Of a stretch of 64,000 nt of DNA, positions 51,791 to 64,000 are shown in pieces (within the stretch, counting starts at the first letter, position 1; each line of letters starts with the position of its first letter). The DNA is taken from positions 25,484,001 to 25,548,000 of the forward strand of contig NC_087437.1 of the NCBI RefSeq assembly GCF_036321535.1. Direction: 5' to 3'. The notes below the pieces were generated by a model. The model worked only from the letters and a program-made list of their open reading frames with translations. It did not search any database and had not been told where the DNA came from. Both the position numbers and the translations under genes were made by a program. The DNA is from Camelus dromedarius (taxonomy: Eukaryota).

Positions 51791-52789
51791 ATCATGGCAG
51801 GGTGAGGTCATTCAGCTTAAAAATCCACAGCCTAAGGCCTCCCTCTCTTTGAGTCTGGCAATGGCATGTGATACTGCTGGGTTTCTGTGTGTCTCCTCAG
51901 AGTGCTGGTTAACACCGCTGCAAAGGTCCCACTGCTGTGGGTTTCCTATAATAAATGCTCCTCACCAAGACCCGATGTGAGCTCAGAGGGTCACTTCCCT
52001 TTGTTTGCTCAACAATGAGTTCTTTCAGTATCAGTGAATGCTAGTGAGGCAATTAAAATATTAAATTTCCCTAAAATTATATTGGGGATAAAATTTTCAT
52101 GGTTGTTCACTCAAGTAATTACATCATTTCCCCCAAAGTAAAGAATCTATACCTCTATCAACTCAAAAACTTGACAGTCTGAGTTTCTGATATTTTCTTT
52201 CTGCAAAATGAATCTCTTCCTCCCTATTCAATACACGTTTTTTTATGAAAAAAGTTTAACTGAATAAGTTACACTGTTAAACTCTGGAGAGGGAATTACC
52301 CGGGGATCAAAAATCCTAGGGGTCTATTTAAAATCCTATTTACCTGTTGCTTATTGATTCTCATTTCCTTCTTTTTCACATGCAGCGTACAAACTACTAA
52401 TCTCCACATGTTTAATTGCTCTCCTGAAGACTAGACTCAGGCCAAAATCTGTCAATTTCTTTCCTCTATGATTCTGGGACATGGTGCACAGCTGAGAGTA
52501 AAATGAGAAATCATCATTAAGACAAATAAGGTTATAACGGTCACTTGAGCCAAGAAATGAGAAGAATTCTAAGTAAGGATAGCTATTAGCCTGATCTTTA
52601 AATAGCCCTGATGTTCATTCTTGAGTCACTCCATGTGAATTTGTTTAAGGTTACTTAGTTTTGACCAGTATGTCATAGATTTTAATGAATGACTATTTTA
52701 GGATAATTTAATATTTTCCTTTCTTAATAATTACCATTATTATATCATACTATTAATTATGCAGTGTAACAAATATTAATTTTATAAAA

Positions 52790-53180
52790 TAAAAACATTT
52801 TGAAGTCATTACCAGTAGTGTGGAAAAACATAATGGTACTATGGCAGTTTCATGTAAATTAATCAATTTAATCTTCACCCAATCTTTGAGGTTAAGTGCT
52901 ACTATTATATCTTTTATAGACGAAGAAAAAGGGGCCTAGAGAGAAATAGACAGTGTAGTTTGAGTCAATCTTAACTACTATGTTCCACCTAGCAATGATA
53001 ACACCTTACTTTATGTAATGCTTTGCAGTTTACAAAATGCTATCACATGATCTTCTCATCAAAACCAAGAGAAAATATATCTGTTTTCAAATCAGAGTTG
53101 GCTGAGACTCTGAAAAGTTCATTGTTCCAAAGTCAAATAGCTGAGACATGATAACTCCAAGTCTCCACTCTTTTCCCAAT
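52790..53180 (-). mobile_element. MIR fragments (two)
   Basis: tttaatcttcacccaatctttgagg...ttttatagacgaagaaaa; atgctttgcagtttacaaaatgctatcacatgatctt. Confidence 0.55.
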
Positions 53181-53320
53181 CTGTATTCCTTCTTCTCTAC
53201 TCTTTCTATAAAATAGGTTAAAATTATCAACCTGTGAAATGCATGGCAATAGTAAAAATTCTTGTTTCCTTGTCATATCACAGTTTCCTTTAAGACAGTT
53301 AGAATTTTTTTGTTACATTT

Positions 53321-53762
53321 TGCTGGGCTGCACCCCGCAGGCTGAAAGGCCTGTACTTGCCGAGCCTCAAGACCAAAGAAAGAGCCCGAAGTCAATGAGA
53401 GTGACATCAATGACTTAATGGACAGGGGGATCTTACAGGTCTGAAGAAGGTCCTGGAGCAACTCCCCACCACATGCAGTGGCTGGCGGGCAGGACATGGC
53501 CACAGTCTTTGCTCCCAGGGGCAGGGAGAGGTGAGTAGTTACAGGGGGGGTTGACATCAGGTTGGCTCATCAGTTACAGGGAAACCAGCAGAGGGTCAAG
53601 CCCCTCATCACCCCTTTGATGAGATCACCAGCTGGGGCAGGGGCAAGTATGTAGGAAGGTTAGTCCTGTGAATAGGGTACAGGTGAAGCAGGTACTAGTC
53701 TATTCAAGCAGAGGATGTATAGAGAGCAAGGGAACACCCACCCTGAGTGCCCTGACCCTACA
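53321..53762 (-). mobile_element. Complete solo LTR, ERVL MER73/MER74/MER88-like
   Basis: TG...CA termini; exact 5-bp TSD cattt at 53316-53320 and 53763-53767; GC-richer than flanks; end ccaccctgagtgccctgaccctaca. Confidence 0.85.
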
Positions 53763-53924
53763 CATTTAGTGCTTTTTTTTTTTTTTCTGGTGTGAAAGAC
53801 ATTTGTACCCTAATAATCCATATAAGCATCAGTTTGGGGATTAAAACTCCTAAGAATAGTGGAGTCTTTTTCCCCTGACCAATCACAACACTTTTAAATT
53901 TAATTCATCATTGATGAGTGCTAA

Positions 53925-54095
53925 ATTATAGAGCACTGAATAGGGAGTTAGGAGATTTGATTTCTGGTGCTGGTTTCATCAGCAGCAAGTGAATCTGGAT
54001 GAGTTGCTTAACTACTCTGGCTTCACTTTCCTCATCTATGCAATGAGAGGGCACTCCAAGTTCTTCACAGCTCTCTACACCTCTAAGAATCTGAT
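53925..54095 (+). mobile_element. MIR SINE
   Basis: agagcactgaatagggagttaggagatttgatttct...ttaactactctggcttcactttcctcatctatgcaatgag. Confidence 0.75.
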
Positions 54096-54624
54096 AAATC
54101 AGTGTGCCTTCACAGGGCACTTTCCACATGCTTCTCTGAGTCTGCAGTGAGAAAAGAGAAATCTATACAAATTTTACTCAACAGGGAAGCTTTAAAGAAT
54201 GTGTGGGTGAATTACAACACACCACATAGATGGGATATTGTCCCCCTAGGAGAGGAGAGATGGATGTTGCTAATAATGCACTGAACTCTTTCCATGCTCC
54301 AGACTGTGCTAAATGTTTTTCTATGCACACTTTCTTGTTACCCAGCTCTAAAGCACCCAAGAACTTTAACCAATTCACCTGGAAATGTTGACTGGGTACT
54401 GCTAAACTTGCTCCTTCTATTGTTAATATTACTTATACCCTATTTTTTGTTTTGGCACCCTACCTTAGCACTGGTTTTTTCCACAATATTAACTGGTCTC
54501 ATCTTGTATTTTTCCAAGTCTTGAACACATTCAATTAAAACATAGCCAATGCTCAGAAGCCAGAATCAGTAACTATGTAACTTTAAAAGAGTATATATAC
54601 CTACTTATGTACCTATATAGTTTA

Positions 54625-54650
54625 TGTGTATGCGCACACACACACACACA
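54625..54650. repeat. (TG)(CG)(CA)n dinucleotide repeat
   Basis: tgtgtatgcgcacacacacacacaca. Confidence 0.85.
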
Positions 54651-55199
54651 AAACAACAGATTCATTCCAAATCCTCAGAAATTTCACTTATTTAAGAACT
54701 TTAAGTAATTAAAAGTTAATAGAAAAGGAAAAATAGTTAATTCTGGAAACTATAAAGACACTGCAATGTCAAAGTAATGCTAAGCATCTACTTGCTCTGC
54801 AGTGTGCATTAAACCCTGTTCCATTCTTTTCTTTTCCCTAGGTACAAATGTTACCGTAATGTGTTGACGCAAATTATATTTAAACTTGTTATCTTTATTT
54901 AAAAGCCTTATGCTGTATGTTAGGAGAGGACAGTTGTAAAATTATTAACCGTACATTAGTCTCATACTGATTTCAGAGGCTATTAAGCAGTACAAACAGC
55001 ATCTTGGTGGTTGGGAACTGGCCTCAAATGCAGCATATTCCATAGGAGTTCATCTTTATACTGTACGCAAAACACTAAAGCTATAAGCAACAGAATGGCT
55101 AGGATAGCAAATGAGGCTTATATGATAATGAACATTTGACTGATATGAAGAATCAGAATGGATTCTTCAGTGAATGGATGACATTTGGCTCTCTCAACA

Positions 55200-55270
55200 G
55201 CAACAACATTTAATCTTTATCGAGCATCTACACTGTGCCAGGCACTGTTCTGAGCTATAGGAATATCATT
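55200..55270 (-). mobile_element. L2 3' end
   Basis: tttatcgagcatctacactgtgccaggcactgttctgag. Confidence 0.65.
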
Positions 55271-56374
55271 GGCAATATTACCCCTCCTTTTCCTTAGAAA
55301 TAATACACCAAGATTTCTTATATTATTTTAGATACATACAAAGGTTTATGTATTCACAGTAGCCAACTAAAATATTTCAACAAATAAAATGTTTGCCACT
55401 TACACTTATCCAAGAGTAATACTAGGGTCAATTGTATATGTAGCTCATTATTTTTAATTTTTCTTCCTTGTATAAATGTGGAACTTTTGGGTGTTTGGGT
55501 GCTTGTGCTTAAATAGTCCATGCTTGTACATTCAAAAATAATACAAATGGTTCTAGAGAAAGACTGCTTTTTATATTTAATGTTCAAATTAAACTACAAC
55601 TTAAAAAAAGTAAGTCCTATAGTCACTGGGGCTGGAGTTTGATAAAATCAAAATACTCAAGACAAAAATAGCTTAGCCAACACAGGTGTGTACCCAGTGT
55701 AGATGAGGAACCTTTGCCATGCTTAGAGACATGTGTGGCAACAATGCTTATAAAAGCTACACTGGGATCATACACTGTACAGAGCTTGACAGAGCAGGGA
55801 TTATGGAAAGGTTGTGCCTGTTTTCTTCTTCTAAGATTAGGTGTTGGAAAATAGAGGTATAACCTACAGCCAGGTGAAATGCTGAAATTCCTAGTTCTTT
55901 TAGAGATCCAGCCTTGTTACCACATTTATGAGTACACTGTACTCTGTGCAGAGACCAGAACGAAAGGAAGTCAGATAAAATGCAGGGGAATAGCATAATT
56001 GATCTTAAAGAAGAGCCTCTTAAACATACTTGTAATATTGAGGTAAATAAGAAACCCTTGAATATTAGAGATTTAGAAAAAGAGGAATGATTTGACTAGT
56101 CACCAAGTTGCAGACAAGGCATATGGGCTCCAATTTGTGATCCTGGATTAGTTCATGTGCCGCATATTTTAGTTTACTTTCAGGCACATTGCCTAATTTT
56201 CCAATTACACTAGTCAGTTTTTTATATCTCTTTTTATATTTGGATCGAGGTTTTCATTTTTAGCAATATTTTTCTTCTTAAACCTAAAATAAAATGTGAC
56301 AACTATTCAGAAAATTTGAATAGACATTGTACTTAAAGAAACACTTGCAATTTCTACCTCATAGAAATTCAAAA

Positions 56375-56912
56375 CCCAGGCATCAGGCAGAGTCCCAGTA
56401 AGAAGTCACCCCAGAAGGATCAGTAAAGACTTTCAAAGCCTTATAGAATAAATAAGGTACAGTAAGGTGCTTAGAGACACTCAATAGTGAGAAGCCATTA
56501 CCACCCCTAGGACTAAAGAGACTAGTGGACGAAATGGTGGTCCTGGAAGCCAGTGAAAACAGGAGCCAAGAATGAGCCTCCCAGAAGGAACTAGACACAT
56601 GGAGGAGTGGAAGTACTGCTAGAGACTCAATGTTACAGCTGGGAAGGAGCCAGGAAGAAATACTCTAACCGTTCACCCCTCGGATCTCCTGCCTTTGCCT
56701 CCTATTAGCCAAACCCAACACGATGCCAGAACCAGAATCTAGACCCAATCTCCTACAGCCCAAATCCAACCAGAAATCAACAGCAAGAAGATCAGGAAAT
56801 AACCTCAGTGGGAGTCAGTCTGCTAAGAAATAGAGCAGCATAGAGAAGGAGAGAGAATGGGCTCAGGAGGTGTAGAGATGTAGGGGTGCGGATGAAGGTA
56901 ATCAGCCTTCCA
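56375..56912 (-). mobile_element. Ancient ERVL-class LTR (LTR33/41-like)
   Basis: gaagccattaccacccctagg...gatctcctgcctttgcctcctattagccaaacccaac...gtcagtctgctaagaaatagagcagcatagagaagg. Confidence 0.6.
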
Positions 56913-57189
56913 GAATAGCTAAGTGCCCTTTAGATTTAAGACAGGGATTGGAAAAGTAAACAGGATGTTCTTTGGGTTCACCAAGTGACAACAGCATGAA
57001 AAGAAAAAAACACTTGAATTTATTTCCTCAGAGAATGGTTGTTACAAAGCTATTACAAATGACCAATGTAAGCTTATGCTCGTTGACTTTTTCCTCTGCT
57101 ACAAGGCATGATCCTGTGTTCTGGAGTGAAGAATAGAAGGATGAAGTTACATTTCTAAAACAATTTATACTTGAAAATTACTCTTTTAA

Positions 57190-58172
57190 CAGCCCTATAA
57201 TCCAGCTATTCTACTCCAGGTATATACCCTGGAGAAATGTGTATGTAAGTGGAGCCATGTACAGGGATGTTCATTCCAGCAATACCCATGATAGCCAAAA
57301 TGTCAACCCAAGTGTCTATCCACCATAGAATTCATGTGGTACGTCTATTCACACAATGACATACGCTAAAGTGAACAGACTAGAGCTATGCATAGAAACA
57401 CATAAAATTCTTACTAACAATATGTTGAGCAAAAGTAGCAAGATAGAGACAAATACATTAACAGTATAGGTCTATCTCTATGAAGCTTAAAATCTATATT
57501 GTTTAGAAATACACTCGTACATAAAAATAAAAGTGTAAATAAAAAGAAGGAGATGATTATCATAAAGGTCAGCACAGTGGTGACCTCTAAAAAGAAAGTG
57601 ACAGAAAAGAGACACGTGGGGGCTCTGACATCCTGGCCATGTTCTGTCACCCACTCTGGATGGTGTTGTAGTCTAGGGCTGCCGCAACAAGAACCAGACT
57701 CTCAGTGGCTTGAAGAGCAGACATGTCTTTTCTCACAACTCTGGAGGCTGTGAGACCAAGACCAAGACCAAGGTGCCCTCGCTTACTGAGACCTTGCTTC
57801 CTGGCTTTCAGCTGGCTGGCTGCCCTGCGCGTCCTCGTCCTCGTGTGGCCTTTCCTCTGCGTGCCCGTGGGGCGGGAGAAAGCTCTCTTGTGCCTCCTCC
57901 TCTTCTCATGAGGACACCAGTCCAGTAAGACTAAGGCCCGCTCTTAGGATCTCACTTAACCTTTATTATCTCCTTGGAGGCCCTGTCTCCAAATACAGTC
58001 ACACGGTGAGGCTAGGGTTTCAACATAGGAATTTTGGGAGGACACAATTCAGTCTATAACAGATAGTGTTTACGTGGATATTTGCTTTAGAATTATTTAC
58101 CACAGTATACATTTATTCTGTGTATTTTTTCCTATATGCATATAATGTTTCACAATAAAAATATTTTTTAAA
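57190..58172 (+). mobile_element. L1ME-type ORF2 end and 3'UTR, interrupted by MLT1B
   Basis: ccctataatccagctattctactccaggtatataccc...aatatgttgagcaaaagtagc...; resumes gtgtttacgtggata...tgtttcacaataaaa. Confidence 0.75.
57664..58061 (-). mobile_element. MLT1B-like MaLR solo LTR
   Basis: TG...CA ends; TSD gatgg (57659-57663) / gatag (58062-58066); ctagggctgcc...tctggaggctg...ggccctgtctccaaatacagtcac...gacacaattcagtctataaca. Confidence 0.92.
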
Positions 58173-59949
58173 TTCTTACCCGAGTCTCTTTTACTTGAAA
58201 ATTTTGAGTTTTACAATGAGGAGCCTTCTTGGTAATTAGGCAGATAATTCCTTTCCAGGAACTTTCAAATAATTTCCTTTGGTTCCTAATCTTTAATTAT
58301 AGCACTCACCAGATAGAATAAATTAGAAGGAAAAATCCAAAACATTTTGTTTCTGAAACTTCTTTAGAAAAGACATTTACATGTTTCTCTATTGATGAAA
58401 ACAATTTGTCCCAGAACACGTGTGCCAACCATCTGCCTTTGGAAGGAAATATAGCATAGAAAATATAACTGCATGATTTGATCTCAACAGAGAAGAGTTA
58501 GTGTATGGAAACATCATTAAGTAATAATTAAAATAATATCTGTATGTAAAAAAATATATAAAATTGGATTCTGGGTGACTCTGCACTCAGGGGTTTATCA
58601 GGGTAAGGGTCAAGGTTAGTAATGAGATAGTGATGTCCTCAGGGATATGGCCTGGAGCAGGAGGGAAAAGCCCTAATGAAATTCAACGTAACTTAAAATA
58701 GTATCCTAATTAAAGCTGAGAAATAATTTAGAATTATTTCTAAGAATAATCCAGTCTTAATACAACATATTTGATTCCTATTCCTTGAAATTTAGAAAAG
58801 TTCCGTTACATCTTGGCATTATTTTTCTGTCACATACAAGCATGTTGGAGATGTCACTTATAATAAGTAATGAGAAATATTTAAATAATAATTTAGTGAA
58901 TTTGAATATTATCCTTTTCTGTCAATTTTCTTTAATTTTTTCTCTGTTTTTAAATGAAATGTGTTCTGAAGCTGTATGAAGACTTCCTTCCTCTGGCAAA
59001 CTCTTTTTCCCAACATATTTTTCTCGTGACCTAAAATATTTCCACATGCATTAACTGTTTTTATGCTTGTTCATTTTTCCTTTTAAATGACTTTCCCCAG
59101 AGCCTCCTTGCCCCTCCTGCTTAGCACACATTAAGGACTCACAGAGTTGAAGGGTTTAGGAATTGATGCAATCATGGGAGGAACTGTTACACTGGCCAGG
59201 AGGGACTGGGGGGACTAGCCAAAGGAAACAGCTACTTCTTTGTCAGATGACGTAGCATTGTCTCTAAACCGCTATGGATCTACGGAAGCCCTAGAAAAAT
59301 TCAAACTGCAGGTAGAATTTAGTCTTTAAACATCACTGCTTGTGCTCCCTCACTATTCTTAGATTATATCTCCACAATACTCCTCAATTATTTTGAAAGT
59401 AGTGGGAAAAAAGATGGAACTTTTGATGTGGTTAATATTAAAATTATTTCAGCATAGGTTAAACAGTCTCCATAATTTTTCAATTATTTACAAACATCCC
59501 TAAGTTTTTGGCAAATTTTTCTCACCCTCAGGAATTATCCATTTGCCTGCTATCTGTCTAGTGGCTTTCTAAGACTGAGAGATAGCCATGCCATGTCAAC
59601 TGTCCTACAAATGATGTCAGCAGAGCAGGTCCTATGCATATATATCTGAATTACCTAAATACAGTTACGTATCTATGAGTTGTAATTCAAGTTTCCTGAA
59701 GGATCTTAACAATTAGAATCTGAAACAAAACTCTAATTATAAAAGAAATCAATATACATTTACTTTAGGCTTCCAGAATGGAAAACTACCAGGGATATAG
59801 CCCCATGTTAACATAAGCCCTTAAATCAAAAGATCTCTAAATACTAGTCAATAAATGAATGTTTCGTTCAAAGCTTATGTAAAATATCACCACTAAATTC
59901 TCTTGTATGTTGTAAATTCCCTTAGAAGTAGGAAAGGAAGCAGAATACA

Positions 59950-60125
59950 ATGGAATGGAAGAGAACTGGAGCAAGAATTAGCATGTCTACATTCTAAGCT
60001 GCTATCTGTTAGCTAGAAGTCTTTGGATACATTTAACTCTTGACCCTTGGGTTCTTCATCTGTAAAATGTAGAGTATAACACCAGACTTATCTGTCAGAC
60101 AAGATTATTTTAAGGATCAATTAGA
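59950..60125 (+). mobile_element. MIR SINE
   Basis: tggaatggaagagaactgg...ttgggttcttcatctgtaaaatg...aggatcaattaga. Confidence 0.65.
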
Positions 60126-60650
60126 ATTCCTGTTATTCATCTTAGAAGCTATTTCAAAAGCACCATTCCAAATAGGGATCACAGAACAGGATAGGGTGGG
60201 GTAGTCCAACTTCAACCAAAGGTATGTGTGCACGGAACCCTACATCCTCCTGTCTTCCAAGGGATGTTGTTCTGCCAATGATCTCTTCTCTCCTAAATTG
60301 ATAATCTCTCTTCTTTTTTTATATAGCTCCTTTACCTCCAAAAAATGATCAAATTGCCTAAACCCCAAAATGAAGAAACAAAACAAAAAACCTCTCTAGA
60401 CATTGTCTTTCCCTTAAAGTATCACCTTAATTCTGTCTTTCTTCCTTGCCAACCTTGCTAATAAAGCCTCTAAATTTACTCTACTGATGTCCTAATTATC
60501 CCCCAACCTATCACAATAGGGTTTTTGCCCCTCCACCCTACTGAAACCACTTCTGCCGGATCATTAACTACCTCCTATTTGCAAGATTCAGTGATACTTT
60601 TAGGCTCATATGTCTTCATCTGACACTTAACACCCTACTTTTCTCTAAAC

Positions 60651-60956
60651 CAAGGATGGCAAACCACAGCCTGCTCCCCATTTTCAATATAGCCCATGAG
60701 TTTAGATTAGTTTTCACATTTTTCAATAATTTAAAAAATCAAAAGAAAGGATTTTTTGACATACAAAAATTATATGAAATTAGAACGTCAGTGTCCATAA
60801 ACAAAAATGTCATTAGAACATAGCCACATTTACTTGTCTGTAGCTACCTTTGTGCCTCAGAGGCAGAGCTAAGTAGTTACCACAAAGACAGTAGAGCCCA
60901 AAAAGCCTGAAATATTTACTGTCTGGTCCTTTACAGAAAAAGTCTGCATATGCCTA
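60651..60956. mobile_element. hAT-Charlie MER58B-like DNA transposon
   Basis: caaggatggcaaac...gtcagtgtccataaac...ggcagagctaagtagtt...aaagcctgaaatatttactgtctggtcctttacagaaaaagt; imperfect 8-bp TSD ctctaaac / cttaaac. Confidence 0.88.
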
Positions 60957-61237
60957 CTTAAACTCCCTCCAGTCAAGGTTTCAGGATGCCTTTCCTGGAA
61001 AAGCTCCTTCTTCTCTGATAAGGCCTCTTCGTGTCTTGTCTGGAATTTCTCACTCAATGAGCCTGCAGTCTGGTCCCATTTGGATTTATCCTCTATACTT
61101 CTACAGAATTACTTTTCATCTTCTTCCACAATAAACAGGGTCATAGGACTCCTTGCTCAAGGACCCCTGTAACTCTCATTAACCATAGGATAAATCCAAA
61201 CACTTGAACCTAGCTTTTCACAATCTTGTCCTTACCT

Positions 61238-61375
61238 CCATTCGTTCCTTCAACAAATATTTATTGAACATATACTGTGTACCACGTGTTATGCCAGACT
61301 ATGGACACAGCAGTGAATAAAAGCAACAGGGTCTCTGCTTGCTGAGGGAGTCCAGTCCAGCAGAAGAGATCAAGG
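61238..61375 (-). mobile_element. L2a-like 3' end
   Basis: cattcgttccttcaacaaatatttattgaacatatactgtgtacca...gacacagcagtgaataaaa. Confidence 0.8.
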
Positions 61376-64000
61376 TTAAACAAAGAACCATCAAATTTCC
61401 CTTCTACCTGTATTGGAAAAGGCACACTGTCATAGTGCCATCTGCACATGTAGTGACCTTCATTTAGAATACCCTAACTTTCAAGGCATGGCTCAAATAC
61501 CTCTGGTATGGGAACTTTCTCCAATTTGCAGCTATCTGATTTAATTATTGCCTTTTTTGTATTCTCTGAGCATATCTGTACTATTTAAACACAGTATTAT
61601 GCATTCCTACTACTCTTACCTCACTCGATTGTGAACATCTCATGTTCTGGGGCTGTGTCTTATACGTCCCCATGCCTAATGCAGGTAGTAGTCATTGTCA
61701 GTGCTTTGATTAATTAGTTGTGTCTCTTCAGTGACTAAAGGCCAAAAACTGGCTTATATCTACACTATATTAATAAGCAATAGTTGAAAAAGTCAAATAG
61801 TAAAGGAATATTTAAAGCGACAACATACGTTGCTCGTGGTTAAATAATATGAATAAAATAGTATTTTATTTGCATATTTAAGTAACTAATTTTTAAAATT
61901 TGACTTTTAAATTTTTTTAATTCAGGAAAAGCCAAATAAGTTGCTTGTAAAGCTATATTTAGCTGTCAGTGCTTATGTTACCCTCTAATTTTGTTTCTTA
62001 CTTAGTATTTTCAAAGTATATTTTAGTGAAATAGAAATCTCTTTGCTAAGAAATAGTTGAGAATATTATCCTCACAATAAGATATTTGTCTTATATCAAT
62101 ACTAGATTTACATCTTGTAGATGGGTAAGTCATAAAAATGCAGAAAACAGAGAATGGTGGACTGGCTGCAGAAAGATTCAAGAAAAAAATTATAATAATA
62201 ACTATTCTAATCTTTTAAGATGTGCCAAAGGGGAGATCCAGGAAATTACCAAGCAGTTAACATCAATACTAGGAAAGAAAAGAACAAATAATAATAGAAT
62301 TGATCAGGAAGTACTTAGGCAAGAACAATTTAATGAGCAACTAGCAGCATGAGTTCATGTAGAAAGACCATGGATTACAAACCAAACAGAAAGTGTGAGT
62401 ACAGGCAGAGTCAGCCAAAGAAACCTGAATTTGTCATTGTTATTTTTTTATACCAATAGCCATGTGAAAAAGCGCTTTAAATTAAAACAATCCTATAAGG
62501 ATAAGTATAAGATTAACATTGGACTTTTGTACTGGAAAAGACGGCACTTAATTCAAGGGGAAAAAAATCTGCTATTTCAGAGGATATCTTCAACCCAGTC
62601 ATGCCTCCACCACTGAACTCCAAGTGGTACAGATGAGTGCCGATGGCTTTGCTTCAATATTCATACTTCATCTCCCCTTGCCAAAAAAATTGCTCAAGTC
62701 TTGCTAATAAGTGGCTTTCAAGCCAGCCAAATCTGGACTACTCAGTGAATGCCTCTTCCAGCACGAAAACTAGTGTAGATGAAATCCTGACAAGAAGACA
62801 GCTGTTAGCAATCCAGGGGCTGCAGGTGAGTGCATCAAGTTTTACTTTTTTAGGTATAATTTGCTTATGTGTAAGGAATTATTTGGACTGCAGGGTCAAG
62901 TTGAAGATTCGAAATGGGCTAGAAGCAGCTTCATTGATTAGGAGTTGTCTCTAACCAAGGCAGCTCAGATCAGCTATAAACATCTCCCCTCTGTCATAGA
63001 CACGCCTTTCACCGATTAGGGAGGAGCCTTCTGCTTGGACCAGGAATCATGCAGCTCAGTGAGCAGGGCGGGAGTGTGCCCTGAGCCAGTAGGGGTGTTC
63101 ACAAAGTGGCAGGATGCCAGACAGGCATCAGGCAAAGTGGACAGCCTGTTATCATGACCTCTGTAGTTAGTAAAGGACTGCCAGCATGATTGTATGAATA
63201 AACTATTTGATAGTAAAGAAGGGACCACTTACCAAAATTGAACCAAAATAAGAAATATGGTGGAAAATATTTGGGTTGTATTCTGAAGACAATGGAAATT
63301 TAAATAAAATTGGGACAGCCTAATCTCCTTATCTTTCCTCAGCCAGTTAAATTTAAACACAATTTTACAAATACCACCCATTTTTCTAGAATTTTTAATA
63401 TGAAAATCTGTTGAGTTCTTTACATCAGTCAAAATATATCCTCTCTGCATTCTAAATATCTACCTTGTTCTTCTCAGATATTTCATTTCTCAGTACCTTC
63501 ATTTTTCAGCATTCATTATATAAAATCTCCTTCTCTTAAAGTTAAATGTTTAGGAAATTGATGCATTTCTTATGTATGTCAGTTCCTCTGTACAGAGCAT
63601 GATCTATTTTTTGAATGTTTATTAACAATGATGTTCACAGAGTTAAACCACTCACATATCACAACTTTCTAGTTGGGAATTATATTTGCGTAATAAATAA
63701 AATGTTTCATTCTTTCTTATTATCTATCAACATTTTTACTGATGAATATAGTGACGTTTCCTTTTTTAGAAAGTGAAATTAATTCTATAGAATTAAATTG
63801 ATCCATCTTCATTTATATCTGACTTCATCTCTAAAGTTAAGAATGGCTTTATTTCTATTACTTTTCTCCTCTTTCCTCTTAAGTATTTAAATAATTTTTA
63901 AATATTTAACTCATAGTTAAAATATAACTTGAATAATATATTTTACTCCCTGAGAGTCTTCCAAGCCTCCATAAGTTTTATCACATTCACCAGCTTATTG

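Larger units (their letters stand above)
60240..61720 (+). mobile_element. Decayed L2 body with nested MER58B and an antisense L2 end
   Basis: tttgcccctccaccctactgaaaccacttctgccggatcattaactacctcc; ctccttgctcaaggacccctg...gataaatccaaacac; gattgtgaacatctc. Confidence 0.55.

Noticed and set aside
63086..63099. CTCF-like CCAGTAGGGGTGTT (also a partial match at 41697-41710 on -)
   Set aside because: Mismatches at core consensus positions
1..64000. CRISPR array, operon, phage or other prokaryotic system; CpG-island promoter; processed pseudogene
   Set aside because: Sequence is mammalian; I saw no regularly spaced repeats, no long non-TE ORFs, no CpG island and no mRNA-like segment with poly-A and TSD

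Overview
AT-rich, repeat-dense mammalian nuclear DNA, intergenic or deep intronic. Two tRNA-derived SINEs resembling camelid vic-1, camelid-type young L1 3' ends and the absence of Alu/B1/Bov-A/PRE-1 point to a camelid genome (inference). I found no recognisable host protein-coding gene, RNA gene, CpG island or prokaryote-type system. Every ORF I can identify comes from L1 ORF2 or ERVL pol. Main structures: a 2.1-kb 5'-truncated young L1; a young L1 nested with TSDs inside an ancient L1; a ~4.3-kb decayed ERVL (pro-RT-RH-IN, PPT, LTR16-like LTR) carrying MER47/Tigger5 and MLT1A insertions; several solo LTRs; MIR/L2 fossils; and hAT elements. The best leads are a phase-compatible pair of small + strand exon candidates at 33.1/34.0 kb, a GC/CpG-shifted MLT1B, fold-back and template-switch scars, and repeat-free motif clusters. 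Repeat subfamily names come from recalled consensus sequences and boundaries are approximate unless a TSD is cited. I cannot support a new biological system here.
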